Counted from the first letter of the stretch, positions 1 through 12,834 are shown. The stretch: 64,000 nucleotides of DNA from the human T2T-CHM13v2.0 reference genome, Homo sapiens (GCF_009914755.1 NC_060931.1), one strand, 5' to 3'. Notes: generated from the letters alone by a model not told the origin. Translations and numbers: made by a program.

Positions 1-21
1 AGAATTATTACTCTAGATATC

Positions 22-376
22 TGCTATAGTTTAAATCTGTCTCACAAACTTCATATGTTGGAACAATCCTCAAATTCATATGTTGATGGCATTTGGAGGT
101 GGGGCCTTTGGGAGGTAATTAGGATTGGGTAAAGTCATTAGGGTGGAGTCCCCATGAAGGGACTAAGAAGAGGAAGAGAGACCTGAGCTGACATGCCCTC
201 TCAGCATTTGATGCCCTCCAACATATGATGATGCAGCAAGAAGGTCCTCGCCAGATGCCAGTGTCATGGCCTTGGACTTCCCAGCCTCCAGAATCGTGAG
301 CTAAATAAACTTCTTTTCTTTATAGATTACCCATTCTGTGTAATTCTGTTATAGCAATAGAAAACAGACTAAGACA
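22..376 (+). mobile_element. MaLR solo LTR (MSTC/MSTD-like)
   Basis: Begins TGCTATAGTTT and ends CAGACTAAGACA; contains the typical MST core (ttggacttcccagcctccagaa, aataaa). Confidence 0.85.
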
Positions 377-379
377 ATA

Positions 380-735
380 CATTAGGCTTCTTTATATAGC
401 TAGAAAATACCAAGCTCTTTTCCATCTCAGCACCTTTGAATTTACTATAGTTCTGCCTAGAATGTATCCCTCACCTCCACCCCATGTCACCACCTTGATT
501 GCCCCTTCTCCATCAACTGTAAAAATTCTACCTGACCCAAATTACTTTGTATCATGCTACACTAATCACTACTATCATAACACTTAGTACAACCTGATTT
601 TATTTACTTGTGTGTTCATCTTGTTTGTACACTAAAACATGTGCTCCTTTAGAACAAGGATCTTATCTTTATCAACCACCCAGTGAGTTACAAACAGTAG
701 TTGCTCAACAACTATTAAATAAATTAATGAATAAG
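380..735 (+). mobile_element. L2 LINE 3' fragment
   Basis: Degenerate L2 3'-end wording ending ctcaacaactattaaataaattaatgaa. Confidence 0.55.
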
Positions 736-824
736 CCCAGTATAAATCCATTTAACATAAGGTTAGAATAACAAAGTTAGAATAGTGAAAAAAGCCACCA
801 CTGACTTATAATAAAAGTATCCAA

Positions 825-1050
825 ATTGCCTGCTTACTATGGGCCAGTCCTTGGGCTAAATCTTTTCTTGTGTTTTTCTCTTTAAATTCTCCCTAGAACT
901 CAATGAGGTAGAACTACAATCATCCTCACTTTAAGATGAAGACGCTAAGATATAAATAAGTGAAATAAATTACTTGAGGCTACCAAGCTGATCATTCGCA
1001 GAGCCAGGGTTCAAATCCAGGCTGTCCAACTCCAAAGTTCATACACTGCA
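825..1050 (-). mobile_element. MIR SINE
   Basis: Reverse MIR core (cactttaagatgaagacgctaag ... cagagccagggttcaaatccagg). Confidence 0.7.
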
Positions 1051-2134
1051 CCCCCACCCACTACTACCTCTTCTGAAAAAGGTATCTGACCAGATATTTT
1101 CAACATAGATTTCGGCAGACTACAGGGATAACCTGGTGAGGAAGTAGTCTCTCCAATTCAGATCTCCTACAGATAAAACCTTGGCAAAGGGGTACTCAAT
1201 TCTGTCAACTGAGTCTCACAAAATTATAATGTTAACTGATGGGTGTTTAGAGGATGTACATTTTAGAAGACTCTTAAATTGAGTACAGATGTTTAGAAAA
1301 TCAGTGTCAAATTAGAAAGCATTAAGCAGACATTAAGGCAGACCAAATTGGTCTTTTCAGAAAGCTGGGTCAGGATGGGAGAAATGTGTGCTTGCTAAGT
1401 AGGCCAGGTTACTCAGAAGTGGGTCTTCTAACTCAGAAATTAGTGAAGGCAGCCCAGCTTTGCCAGAGAATCAGACAGAGTAAGAAGCCTAAACATGGAG
1501 CTGAAGGATTGACCTACAGGTTTTCAGGTGGAGTGGAAGGAAGCAGATTCTCTTGCCAAGACCTTCACAGCAACCTGTAGATGCAGCACTGGAACCCAGG
1601 ACTCTGGCGTGTTTTTTAACCATTAACCTGATGCCAGGGATGTTGGAACTGTCTTGGAACTCCACTTTTCAACAGAAATTTCTGGAAGAGATTAAGGAGA
1701 TCCTATGCCTTAAAAGAGGACCAGGACATGTTCACATCATCCATCTGCGGGTTTCTGGAGGTGGGGGGAGCCAATGGTCTCAGACTTTTGGAACCACTTT
1801 ATTTTCATTTCATAGTTTCATCACATTCGGAAAGGTTTGGTATATTTCCTCATCATAAAAATCTCATTCTCAAAATTCCTCTTGAAATATATGTGTTGGT
1901 CTCCAAATGATGCCACACTTGTTTATAGGACTAGATGACAAACACTCAGGTAAAGGCATTTTACTGTGTGCAGCAAAATATACAGAACATTCACTTTCAC
2001 AACTCAAGCATTTATGGCTGATATCATTAATAAAACATAGCCTTAGAATCCCTCTTAATCCATCAATCAGAATCACCACTCAAACATTATGTGCCTCCCA
2101 TATCATGGGTAATTGTATGGAAATAAAGAAGTAT

Positions 2135-2345
2135 ATGAGGCAGTATAGATTGACAATTAAGAGTTTCACCCTGGAGTTACACAGACACAAGTTCTTATCT
2201 TGGTGTTGTTACTTACCAACCATGAGAATTGGACCAGTTATCCATGCCATGGTTTCTATCTCTAAAATGGAATAAAAATCACCCGTAACTCATTATATGG
2301 AGGTTATAAGAATTAAATAATTCAAGTAAATACATAGTCATTATT
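2135..2345 (+). mobile_element. MIR SINE
   Basis: MIR core (gtttctatctctaaaatggaat ... aagaattaaat). Confidence 0.6.
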
Positions 2346-2349
2346 TTAC

Positions 2350-2572
2350 TAAAATGTGCTACGTACTACTCTAGGTGTTTTTCACATATTAATTCATCTC
2401 ACCCTCAAACAATCTTATGAGATAGAAAATATCATTATGCCCCTTTTGAGGAAACAGCCACAGGGAGGGGTAAAGGAACTTGCCCAAGGTCACACAGCCA
2501 GTAAATGGCAGAGCCAGGATTCAAACCCACGCAGTCTGGCTCCAGAGCCCACATATGTAAGCACTATACTAT
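2350..2572 (-). mobile_element. MIR SINE
   Basis: Well-preserved reverse MIR (aacttgcccaaggtcacacagccagtaaatggcagagccaggattcaaacc). Confidence 0.85.
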
Positions 2573-3529
2573 TAAGAAGACAACAATTCCTATACTTACT
2601 AGCTTCATGAAAGTAAAAACATTTGCAGGTTTTGCTTTGAAAGATCCAAGTGAATGCTACTAGAAAAATACAAAGAATAATGTACTTTTTTTATCTTAAG
2701 CACTAGCCAAGGAAACAAAGAAGGAGCAGAATTCACTGTACCCAAGTACTGTGTGGTTATTTTGATACAAGTCAACAACTACAGCAGATGCTGGTATCCA
2801 TCTTCCTGACAGGTGACAGGTAGTACCAACACTCTTCAGATCATGAGACCTCAAAATACTCATTTTATCCTGACAGCAGGGGTGAGAAATAACATGTAAA
2901 TCATCATGGGGAGATGGAGGCCTAAGTAAATATTCCAGGAAAAGGGCTCCTTTAGCATAAAGTAGCCTTTTTCACACTTGTGCAGACTCCAGAAAGGAGG
3001 TGCCCCATGGCTGTCAGCTCTGGTGTGCTCTGCAGATGACTGGTCTTCCAGCCAAACTGTTGGCTGGCTTTTTTCTAGCAATTCAATCTAGCATTCTGCT
3101 AGTACATACCCCAGCACAAAGCGGGCCAGGTCCACTTTATTACAAGGTTACAGGCAAGCCATAGATAAAAAGTGAGTCCTTAAATATCAGGGATTAATAA
3201 TTCAGGAAGTAATTATTTTTAGAATAATATTTAATTTCAGGAAATATGGAAGTTAAAGCTTTATCCTGTGCAGAATGATTTAAATTCCAGCTTAATTTCC
3301 ATCTACTAACATAATTGTGGTGACTAATTTTGATAAAAGTACTTTGGATTTGCCTAACACCTCTGAGTGTTGAATTCCAAGGGCTTCAGTAAATCCTGGG
3401 TCACAAGATTGCTATTTTTTCCACATTTCATAAGACTTTTTGGTTAATACTCTAGGAAATGATCACAAGCAGGTTCTCACTCTCCTGATCAAAGACATAG
3501 TTCCACCTGTGACCAACTTGCTTCCTGAC

Positions 3530-4007
3530 TATGTCAGTTTCCTGTTGCTGCCTTAACAAATACCACACCTTAGTGGCTTAAAACAACACAAATTTCTTCT
3601 CTTAGTTCTGGAGGTCAGAAGTCTAAAATGGGTCTCACAGGGCTACAATCAAGATGTCTACAGGGCAGCATTCCTTCTGGAGGCTCTAGGAGAGAATCAG
3701 TTTCCTTGCCTTTTCAATCTTCTGGAGACCACCCACCTTCCTGGGCTTGTGGCCCCTTCTTCCATTCTAAAGCCAGTCAGTAGGGCATCTTCAAATCTCT
3801 CTTGGTCTCTGGCTCTCCTGCCTCTCACTTATAAGCAGCCCTGCGATGATGGTGGGCCCACCCAGATGATCCAGGATGACCTTCCTATCTCAAGACCCTT
3901 AACTCAATCACACATGCAAAGTCCCTTCTGCCACATCAGGCAGCATTTATAGATTTCAGGGATTAGGATGTGGACAACTGTGGAGAGCCATCATTTCACT
4001 TACCATA
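3530..4007 (-). mobile_element. MaLR solo LTR (MLT1D-like)
   Basis: Reverse MLT1 wording (gcttaaaacaacacaaattt ... agttctggaggtcagaagtc); flanks ctgac/ttgac look like a 5-bp TSD. Confidence 0.85.
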
Positions 4008-5609
4008 TTGACTCTTAAGGCTATGACTCTTAAAGTCTTTTCTCCTAATCTATAAACCCATCAAGAATATTTAAGTTATTCTTGTAACTACACACTACCT
4101 TGTTAACTCAATCTTATTATAATAAGCTATGTCAGGCTATAGTCAAGAATATTACCATTATAATATTACCTATATAAATCTGGGGATGTGAAGCATAGAA
4201 AAGAATTTTTAAATCTCAAGTTTTGCATTTGTGTACTTATATACCTACCAATTTATAGAGTTTGAAATTTTATAGAATTTGAGGTTTGGTAGATAAGGTC
4301 GTAAATAAAGTTTGACGATTTATATCACATCTTCACTTAACATATCACTTCATATATTTTAATTATTAAAATGTGTGTTAATGAAATTTCAACTGTAATT
4401 AATCTCCTTTCTACTGAAATGGTTCAATAGATCCATGAGCCTAAACAAATCTCCCTGGATTTTCATCATTAATATTTTTACTCTTTAAGAATAAAGAATT
4501 TATGAATTATGATCTACAGTTTATCCCACTATTTCAAATGACAAAATCTTGTCACTGCTTTAGCTTTAAAAGTATGTCTTCCCACTTTTAAAGCACTTTT
4601 TCTAGACAGCCATACCTACTTTCTTCACTTAAGTAGTTGACACTTATATAACACTACACACATATAGTTGTATGTGTCAACACACATGAAAGAGGAAATA
4701 ACAGAGAAAGTGTTAATCTGCCTATATCTTTGAATATTATCAAAGCAATTTAGAAAGCTTTATAACTGAAAGTTAAATATGAGAAAGAAAAAAGACAGTT
4801 TCATATCTTACAGACGAAGTTAAATAGAACATTCTCTGAGCATGGTTTACATGTGAGACTTTGTTCTAGGTGCTGTATGCCAACACTATTCCCAAATATA
4901 TATTTTTTCAGTGCCTTCAAAAGAGGCTGTTATGCTACCTTAGATAACCCCCCTTCTAATCTGCATGATGCAATTCACTGCTATCTGCATGATATTCCAC
5001 TTGAAGTGCACAGTAGAGCACTGTGCTTTCCATCAGCAAATATCTAGAGTTATGTGGGCATGAAATGTCTCCTCCAAGGAGTCAACAGCGACCCAGGAAT
5101 CGTTCTCAACTGCACCCCTGAGCTGGCAGCCATCCAGTCGAGGTTCCCTAGACAGGCAGTGTTGTCACTGATGTTACACCAAGGGGCCTGTGTTTCAGAT
5201 GTTTCTCTTTCTCAACAAGCACATCGGTGTGAACTCGAAAGAATGAAAAATAGTTCCATGTGATATTCATCCAGTTGTTTTGTTCTGTAAGTAGCAATGG
5301 TTAAGTTACAAACCATGAATTTAATGCCAAACTCCTGTGCTCAGGTAGGCATGACAGTAAACTCTCAATAGCCTATAAAAAGGAAGATGAAAGGATAAAG
5401 GTAAATCCAATTTACACAAGAATCAATACTGTCATCAACAACACTAATAGGGAAGGTTCTATGATTTTTTTAATTTCCTCTTTTTTTTTAGCATAAAAAC
5501 AGAAGTTAATGGGTCCCTCTCAGTTTGGGAAAATCTGAGTGACAAGCCAAAACCAATAGGTTTTGAAAGGGGCCTGTGAATAAAACGCAAAAAGTGCCTA
5601 ATTGGAGTC

Positions 5610-5735
5610 AAGAACCAACTCACTATAACAATTGTAGAATCTAGATGGCAAGTGTAGGTGTTCATTATACTAATCTTTTGAACTTGCCCACATGTTTGAA
5701 AAAAAATCAAAATCAAAAGTTGGAAATAAAAAAGT
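5610..5735 (+). mobile_element. old L1 (L1ME-like) 3' end fragment
   Basis: gtgtaggtgttcattatact ... atgtttgaaa resembles L1ME 3' termini. Confidence 0.5.
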
Positions 5736-6507
5736 AAAATAGAAAAAGAAACAATTCATAAGATATTGTTGAACCCCATGGGCTTTGAGAAATTTGCATA
5801 AACTTGAGGCATATTCAGGCTGACCAGTTAGCTCCTCTCTCCATATACAGCTCCATGCCAAAAAAATTATATAAAATCTACTATCTGAGAAAATGGGAAT
5901 CCACATTGCTTCATAGCTCTTCTGAATGAACAAAATGCAACTGGTACAGACTTAAAATCGTTAGGGAAATTTCCTTTTGCAGATCATGTCATACTGACAT
6001 GTACTAGAATAGCAATTAAAATATTCTAAACCCATCCCCCTCTCCATGTAACTATCCTTGTCATACTCTCTTGAAGTCAGAGTACAAATTGCTCCAGGGC
6101 TAAGTGATGACAGAAACATCTCCCAATTACTCCTGGTTACACAGACTCAAAGATGGGAACAATGAAGTTCTAATGCCTACACACTCCTTAGTGAACTCAA
6201 ATTTCCTAAGACAATGAATGATCAAAGTAGAGTCTTATGAAAGCTTCTACATAAAAGACAGGAAATGAGACCCAAATCAGGAGAGTTGGGGAAGCTCAGG
6301 AGGAGGGAGATACATATCCAGCCCTCATTTAAGATCAATTCATGGATGACTCCCTAAAACACCACAGAAAATCTGACACAATAGCAAATGCACTGAATGA
6401 TGCATGCCATTCACTATCACAACTGAGAACTCCAAACATTTCGTTGATATTAGAAAGTGAAACAAATGTTCCTGCAAAAGTCAAATGAGAATCAAAAGCA
6501 CCATGTT

Positions 6508-6560
6508 TGCACTGCAGCCTGGGTGACAGAGCAAGACCCTGCCTCTAAAAAAAATAATAA
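6508..6560 (+). mobile_element. severely 5'-truncated Alu (3' terminal ~40 bp plus A tail)
   Basis: tgcactgcagcctgggtgacagagcaagaccctgcctct + A tail; flanking near-direct repeats aaaagcaccatgtt / aaaatcaccatggtt. Confidence 0.8.
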
Positions 6561-6699
6561 TTTTTTTTAAAAAATCACCATGGTTTACAGGGAAGGATAC
6601 TGCCGTGGCTGCACAGACCTTTAGTGTCTCAAAGCATTGTGCAAATACCTGTGTATTTCTTTCATGCAACATGAGCATTAACTTGCAAATTTTAAAACC

Positions 6700-6837
6700 C
6701 TCTGATTTATCATTCCACCACTTCACTTATTTGTAAAACCAACTAAAAAAGTATTAAGAATTTCAAGACGGCAACATGAGAGCATCAGATCACATGCAGG
6801 GGCTCTTCTGAGCTCGGGCTGTTGAATCCAGGCCTGA
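6700..6837. mobile_element. hAT-Tip100 MITE fragment (MER91-like)
   Basis: aagaatttcaagacggcaaca ... ggggctcttctgagc resembles MER91; a second MER91-like piece lies at ~7490-7580. Confidence 0.5.
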
Positions 6838-7038
6838 CCATATGAACTGGCAGAGTGAAGGAGAGATGTGGGGTGGAGTAGGTCAAAGATGCTGCAGGCT
6901 GCCCAAATGAAGGAATGTGGGAGGAGAAAGGGAGCAAAAGGGCTGGAAAATAAAGGGGTGTGAGGCACGTTCAAAAGAGCAGGAGGAGGAAGAGTACCTG
7001 AAGGCGGTATGATAGAGGTGGAGAGGAAAGGGCTAGAT

Positions 7039-7366
7039 CAGGGGTCCGCAAACCCAAGGCCACAGACTGGTAGCAGTCAATGGCCTGTTAGGAACCAGAC
7101 AGCAGGAGGTGAGCAGCTGGCAAGCGAGCAAGACAGCCTGTGCTCTGGCTCCTGTCAGATCAACTGAGGCATTAGATTCTCATAGTAGCACGAACCCTAC
7201 TGTGAATTGTGCACATGAGGGATCTAGATTGCACACTCCTTATGAGATTCTAATGCCTGATGATCTGAGGTAGGACAGTTTCATCCTAAAACCATCCCCC
7301 TGCCATCCGTGGCAAAATTGTCTTCCACAAAATGGGTCCCTGGTGCCAAAAAGTTGGAGACTGCTG
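7039..7366 (+). mobile_element. MER1B (hAT-Charlie MITE)
   Basis: CAGGGGTCC...GACTGCTG termini; perfect 8-bp TSD GGCTAGAT at 7031-7038 and 7367-7374. Confidence 0.92.
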
Positions 7367-8341
7367 GGCTAGATCATCTGGATGCAGTTCACCACCCACA
7401 GTGCCTCAAAGTCGCTCCTTGTTTTCTCTTTCCCTGGGATCCTCTCACCACACGCCCAACAAAGGTATCACTCTTTCATGCTTGAAGGGCCATGGTCCCC
7501 TTTTTATGTTTTTTGAACAAGGAGACCCAAATTTTCACTGCGTGCACACTGGGCTCTGCAAATTACATAAGTGGTTTTGCCTAGAAGATTTAGAAGATCA
7601 CCAGTCTAGATAGAGAATTCTAGAAAATAATTCCTGAGGAAGGTCCCCTTTGATGGAGTAATCTTTTAAAAATTTATTCTGTTTGCAGATTGTCTGTTAC
7701 CTCAGTTAACAAAAACATTGACTGTTAAATTAAATGTTGACACAAATGATCTTGCCATGTGGAACCATAACCTCCTTTTCCTCTGTAAGAATTCCAGCAA
7801 ACTAACAAATTGGAATCTGAAAGCCCCAGGTTGGAAATCTAGGAAGATGACAGAAAACATCGTCCTTCAGAGTAGCAATTCCTGAAACCTCCTACCCTAG
7901 GTCCATGCCTTAGCTACTCTGAAGGAAACACGACCTTTCCTCAAAGTAAAAGAGAGCAAAATGTAAGGAAATAATTATAAAAATTGACGCCTAAAGAACA
8001 AACCCTGGGAATCTGCTATCCAGACACCATCAAGCCATGAGTGAGTGCATACCATGAAAGGTTTATCAGCGCACGGACAAGGGCCAAGAGTAGACTAGTA
8101 AGCAGTACCATAGCAGTCATGAAATAAGACCAGATCATCATAGGGAAGGCATGGAGTTTTCTTACAATTCTTTGCTCAGAGCTCTATAAAAGCACTAAAG
8201 GGGTCTACATTTTTTTAAATAGTAGGGCTATTTATATAATCTGTTAAATTATATTTATGATTGGCCCCCAAAAAGTGGCTTTCCAGGAACCTTGAGAAAT
8301 CTTTTTATCTCCAAGAAAAAAGAGAATTGAACTTTAATACG

Positions 8342-8808
8342 TTTTTTATTATTTATTTATTTTGTTATTATACTTTAAGTTCTAGGGAACATGTGCACAA
8401 CATGCAGGTTTGATACATAGCTATACATGTGCCATGTTGGTTTCCTGCACCCATCAACTCGTCATTTACATTAGGTATTTCTCCTAATGCTATCCCTCCC
8501 CCAACCCCCAGCCCCCGACAGGTCCCAGTGTGTGATGTTCCCCGCCCTGTGTCTAAGTGTTCTTATTGTTCAGTTCCCACCTATGAGTGAGAACATGTGG
8601 TGGTTGGTTTTCTGTCCTTGTGATAGTTTGCCGAGAATGATGGTTTCCAGCTTCATCTATGTCCCTGCAAAGGACATGAATTCATCTTTTTTATGGCTGC
8701 ATAGTATTCCATGGTGTATGTGTGTCACATTTTCTTAATCCAGTCTATCATTGATGGACATTTGGGTTGGTTCCAAGTCTTTGCTATTGTGAATAGTGCC
8801 ACAATAAT
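8342..8808 (-). mobile_element. L1PA 3' end (5'-truncated)
   Basis: Canonical reverse L1PA 3'UTR (ttattatactttaagttctaggg ... catgtgcacaacatgcagg ... cccacctatgagtgagaacatg). Confidence 0.95.
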
Positions 8809-8919
8809 GTTTTTTAAAAGTGAAATCAGTTTCCTGCTCTGCCCCTTCCCCTAGCACCTTGCTCCTCATTTGCATAACAGGTAGAATGACATTGGCCAAC
8901 TCCCCTCACAGTTAGGGTG

Positions 8920-9795
8920 AAGTGGATTGACTAGTATACCACCAAAATTCACATCTACCTGGAAAACTTAAGAGTGATTGAATTATTTTCTCAGGACTGC
9001 CATAACAAATTAACACAAATTTAGTGGTTTACAACAACAGAAATTTATTCTTGCACAGTTCTGGGAACTAGACGTCCAAAATCAAGGTGTTTATGGGACA
9101 CCTTCTCTGAAGGCTGTTGAGAAGAATCCTTCCTTGCCTCCTCCTAGCTTCTGGTGGTTTCTGACAATTCTTCATGTTCCATGCCTTGTAGCTGTCTGAC
9201 TCCAATTTCTTCCTCCTACTTCACATGGCTTTCTTCTCCCTATGGCCTCTTCCGATCTTGTAAAGACACCAGTCATTGGATTTGGGACCCACTCTAATCC
9301 AGGATGACCTCATGTTGACTAGTTATATCTGCAAAGACTGTATTCCCAAATAAAGTCACATTCTGAGGTTCTGGGTTGATATGAATTTTGGTGGGGACAT
9401 TTTTTTAACCCAGTACAGTGACCTTATTTGGAAGCTGGATTTTTGCATATATAATTAATTAAGGATCCAGATGAGCTCATATTGGATTAGGATGCCCTAA
9501 ATCCAATAACTGATATCCTAATAAGAAGTGGGGAGGGCACAGAGAGAAGGCCATGTGAAGCAGGAGGAAGAGACCTGAGTGATGAGACCAGAAGCCAAGG
9601 AATATCAAGATTGCCAGGAGCCACCAGATGCTGGGAAGAGGCAAGGAAGGTTCTTCCCCAGGGTCGATGGAAGGAGCATGGTCCCACTAACCCCCTTGAT
9701 TTTGGACTTCTGGCCTCCAGAACTGTGAGGGAAAAAATTTGTTTTAAGCCACCTGGTTTGTGATAATTTGCTGCAACAACATTAGGAAACTAACC
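8920..9795 (+). mobile_element. MLT1C-like MaLR LTR, interrupted at 8979-9417
   Basis: The 5' part (ccaaaattcacatctacctggaa) continues after the insert as gtgaccttatttggaa ... ggacttctggcctccagaactgtgag ... aggaaactaa. Confidence 0.8.
8979..9417 (-). mobile_element. MLT1C/B-like MaLR LTR nested in the opposite orientation
   Basis: Reverse MLT1 wording (ctgccataacaaat ... acaacagaaatttattc ... cccagtaca); flanks gtgat/gtgac as a 5-bp TSD. Confidence 0.85.
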
Positions 9796-9860
9796 AGGAG
9801 AGGGGAAGGTTTTTAGCTGAAAATAGTCTATAACACTTATAGAGTTTTCATTGAACACGA

Positions 9861-9892
<32 letters not shown>

Positions 9893-9897
9893 ACACA
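9861..9897. repeat. (CA)n microsatellite
   Basis: Directly visible; one interruption. Confidence 0.95.
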
Positions 9898-10796
9898 AAA
9901 CTAGGAAGAAACGCTTCTGTTTTAAGACAAACTCCAAACATATGGTCAATGCTGATTAAATTAAATGAGCATGAGTCAGAACTACTTGAATTCTATTGAA
10001 TCTATGCCTTTAGTCAGCTGTGTGGAAGAAAACATGTTTGCATGGACTAGGATTAACCTACTAGATATTTCCTTTATTTATTCATTGCTGTATTTGTTTA
10101 TTTAGTGGAGCGGTGTTTTTAAAAAAGAAGGCTCTTTACATTGTTTATTCAGGAAATCTTTGCTAAAGAAACAACCAGCTCTCGACAAACAAACGATTCT
10201 TGAGGAAATTAAGAAATGTAAACAGAGAGATGCAAATGTGATGTGCAATTTAAAGGATTTACTCCCAGCAGTGCTTAGGAATCAGGACAGGATGAGGGCC
10301 CACCCAGCTGAGCTCATCATCCTGCCTCAGCCTCCATTTTCCAGAAAGTCTGGTCACCTCAGGAGCAGTGGAGACCCAGAACTTCTAAAATGGCTTATAA
10401 AGGAAACCACCCACAAGCCTAAAGAGAAAAGAATGAACTTAGAAAGTAAGAAAAAGTCTCCAGCTGCAGTCTCCTCACAGAGCTTTGTTCTCTGAGTCCT
10501 AGCTCTGAAAAGCACCCAGGTGAAATGAAAGGCCAGGGTCTTGGATAATAAAATATCCCCTTCCCTAATAAAACCAACTTATTTAGCATCACTATGTGTT
10601 TTTTGTTTTTCTTAGAGAACAGTGTTATATCGTTAGAAGCACACAAAGTAGGACTTAAAAGAAGTTATTTCTGGTACTGTCAGTAATAAAATCCCTCTGA
10701 ATGATATCCAATACAGAGCTGTCTTTTGCTGAATTCTCTGGTGCGGAAAACTGTAATGAACTTTCAGTATAAGGCTGGAATTGGTAGAAAGTGCTA

Positions 10797-11275
10797 TGTG
10801 TCTGTGTTGGTTATTCTCAGCTACCCTGGATCTGTTCTCCACCCTTCTCTGTGCCTGGGGGTGACTGTGGATGGGCCATCGCTGGCTCTCTGGCCCTCTG
10901 GCTTCCTGTTGAGTTTCTGTTGGAGGCATCAGCAGATCAGAAAGTAGAAAGGGAAGGAAGTTAGGGTAGATGAGGCACTTGTGGACCATAGGAAGCTCAC
11001 ACTGGGGCTGACAGTGACAGGTGGGATGGCTTGTCTCATAAGCAATATCTTGCCTCCAGCCCTGCCCGTCCCACTGTGGCTTCACCCTCTGCCCTGCTGG
11101 GTCAGGCCCCCCAGTGGTGGCAACAACCCCCTGCTGTTGCCAGTCTCTGGGGGCCTTACAAGGCTTTGGATTCTGTCCACTCTGCCCAGACGCCTACAGT
11201 AAAGAGCACCTTCATCAATAGCCCTAAGTTAAACCCTTGGGCCTGCCTTGGTTTCCAGCCAGAGCCATGACCAAA
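10797..11275 (+). mobile_element. ERVL LTR (LTR33-like)
   Basis: gatctgttctccacccttctctgtgcc ... gccctctggcttcctgttgagttt resembles LTR33. Confidence 0.7.
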
Positions 11276-11505
11276 GGTAATAATGCCAACATGTATAAGT
11301 CACTTTTAAAGGTTTCTATGTTATTTACAAATCCTAACCACTCAAAAGATGACTTTACCTTACCTGCCTCCTCTATTCCACCTTTACCTGTTGAAATTCT
11401 GCCTTATCCTTCAAGAATCATCTTTAACATATTTTTAACTGCATATAGTTTCTCAAACATTTGGGCCTCTATAATTTTTTTTAATTTGATTATTTTGGAC
11501 CTTAC

Positions 11506-11640
11506 TGCCTGGTGTAGTGGCATGTGCCTGTAGTCCAGCTACTTGGGAGACTGAAGCAAGAGAATCAGGCTTGAGCCCAGGAGTTCCAGTTCAGCCTGGG
11601 GACAACAGAGTGAGACCCTGTCTCTTATAAAAACAAATAA
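11506..11640 (+). mobile_element. FLAM / monomeric Alu
   Basis: Single Alu arm: gcctgtagtcccagctacttggga ... gcttgagcccaggagttc ... gagaccctgtctc + A-rich tail. Confidence 0.85.
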
Positions 11641-11645
11641 ATACA

Positions 11646-11926
<281 letters not shown>

Positions 11927-11949
<23 letters not shown>

Positions 11950-12075
11950 GAGAGAGAGAGAAAGAGAGAAAGGAAAGAAAGAGAAAAAATAGAGAAGAAA
12001 GAAAGAGAGAGAGAAAGAAACAAAGAAAGAAAGAAAGAGAAAGAGAAAGAAAGAGGAAAAGAAAAGAAAGAAGAC
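11927..12075. repeat. polypurine (A/GA/GAAA) low-complexity tract
   Basis: About 150 nt, almost pure A/G, grown from the Alu tail. Confidence 0.95.
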
Positions 12076-12834
12076 AAACACAAATAAATAATACAAAATA
12101 ATAATGATATTTTGGACTTTACTTATATTTCCCTCACTTTGCTTTATTTTCATTTGTGTTAAGGTCATATCCTCCTTCTCTGGCTAAAGTCTCCTTAAGA
12201 TCAATGACAGAATGGCTCTAATTTCTGTATCTCCTCCCAGCCCAGTAAGTAGTTCAGTCCCAGTATACATACTCAGTAAATGTCTGCTGTTACTGCCAGC
12301 TACTTGTTTTCAATGATTTTTCCACCATCAAACCCAGAACATTTCCATAAATATGCATATCAGGTTTTATACATTACATACATACATGATATATTATATA
12401 TCTACATACACACCCTAACCTGAAACTTTTATCTAATTTTTCTTCTTCCATTTGGCGTATATATATGCACAACAATGAGGTTTTTGCCTTCAGTCAAGTG
12501 GTTTCTCAAACACTTTCTACATTCTTACACTTGGGTGTCTCTGCTAACCCAGAAAGAATTCAGTGTCTTCCTTGTTCTCTTTTCCCTTTTATGAGACCCC
12601 ATAACGTCACTCATTAGAGCTATAGTTAGCCTCCGATTGGTTAACTGTCTTTTGCTCTCCCTGGCTACGATAACTGCGGTGACTAGCTGTGTCTATGTCT
12701 CAGCTTTCTCCTGGGCAGGCACTTTATCTTGCCTGTGTTGTCATTTACTACTTACACAATCATAAGCAAGTTACCTATCTTATCCAAAACTCACATTTCA
12801 TCCCTCAACTAGAAAAACAAGGGAATAACTTAGC

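Noticed and set aside
4636-4681. Hairpin GTTGACAC...GTGTCAAC as a possible pre-miRNA
   Set aside because: The stem is only ~15 bp with a bulge and does not extend; too short for a Drosha substrate.
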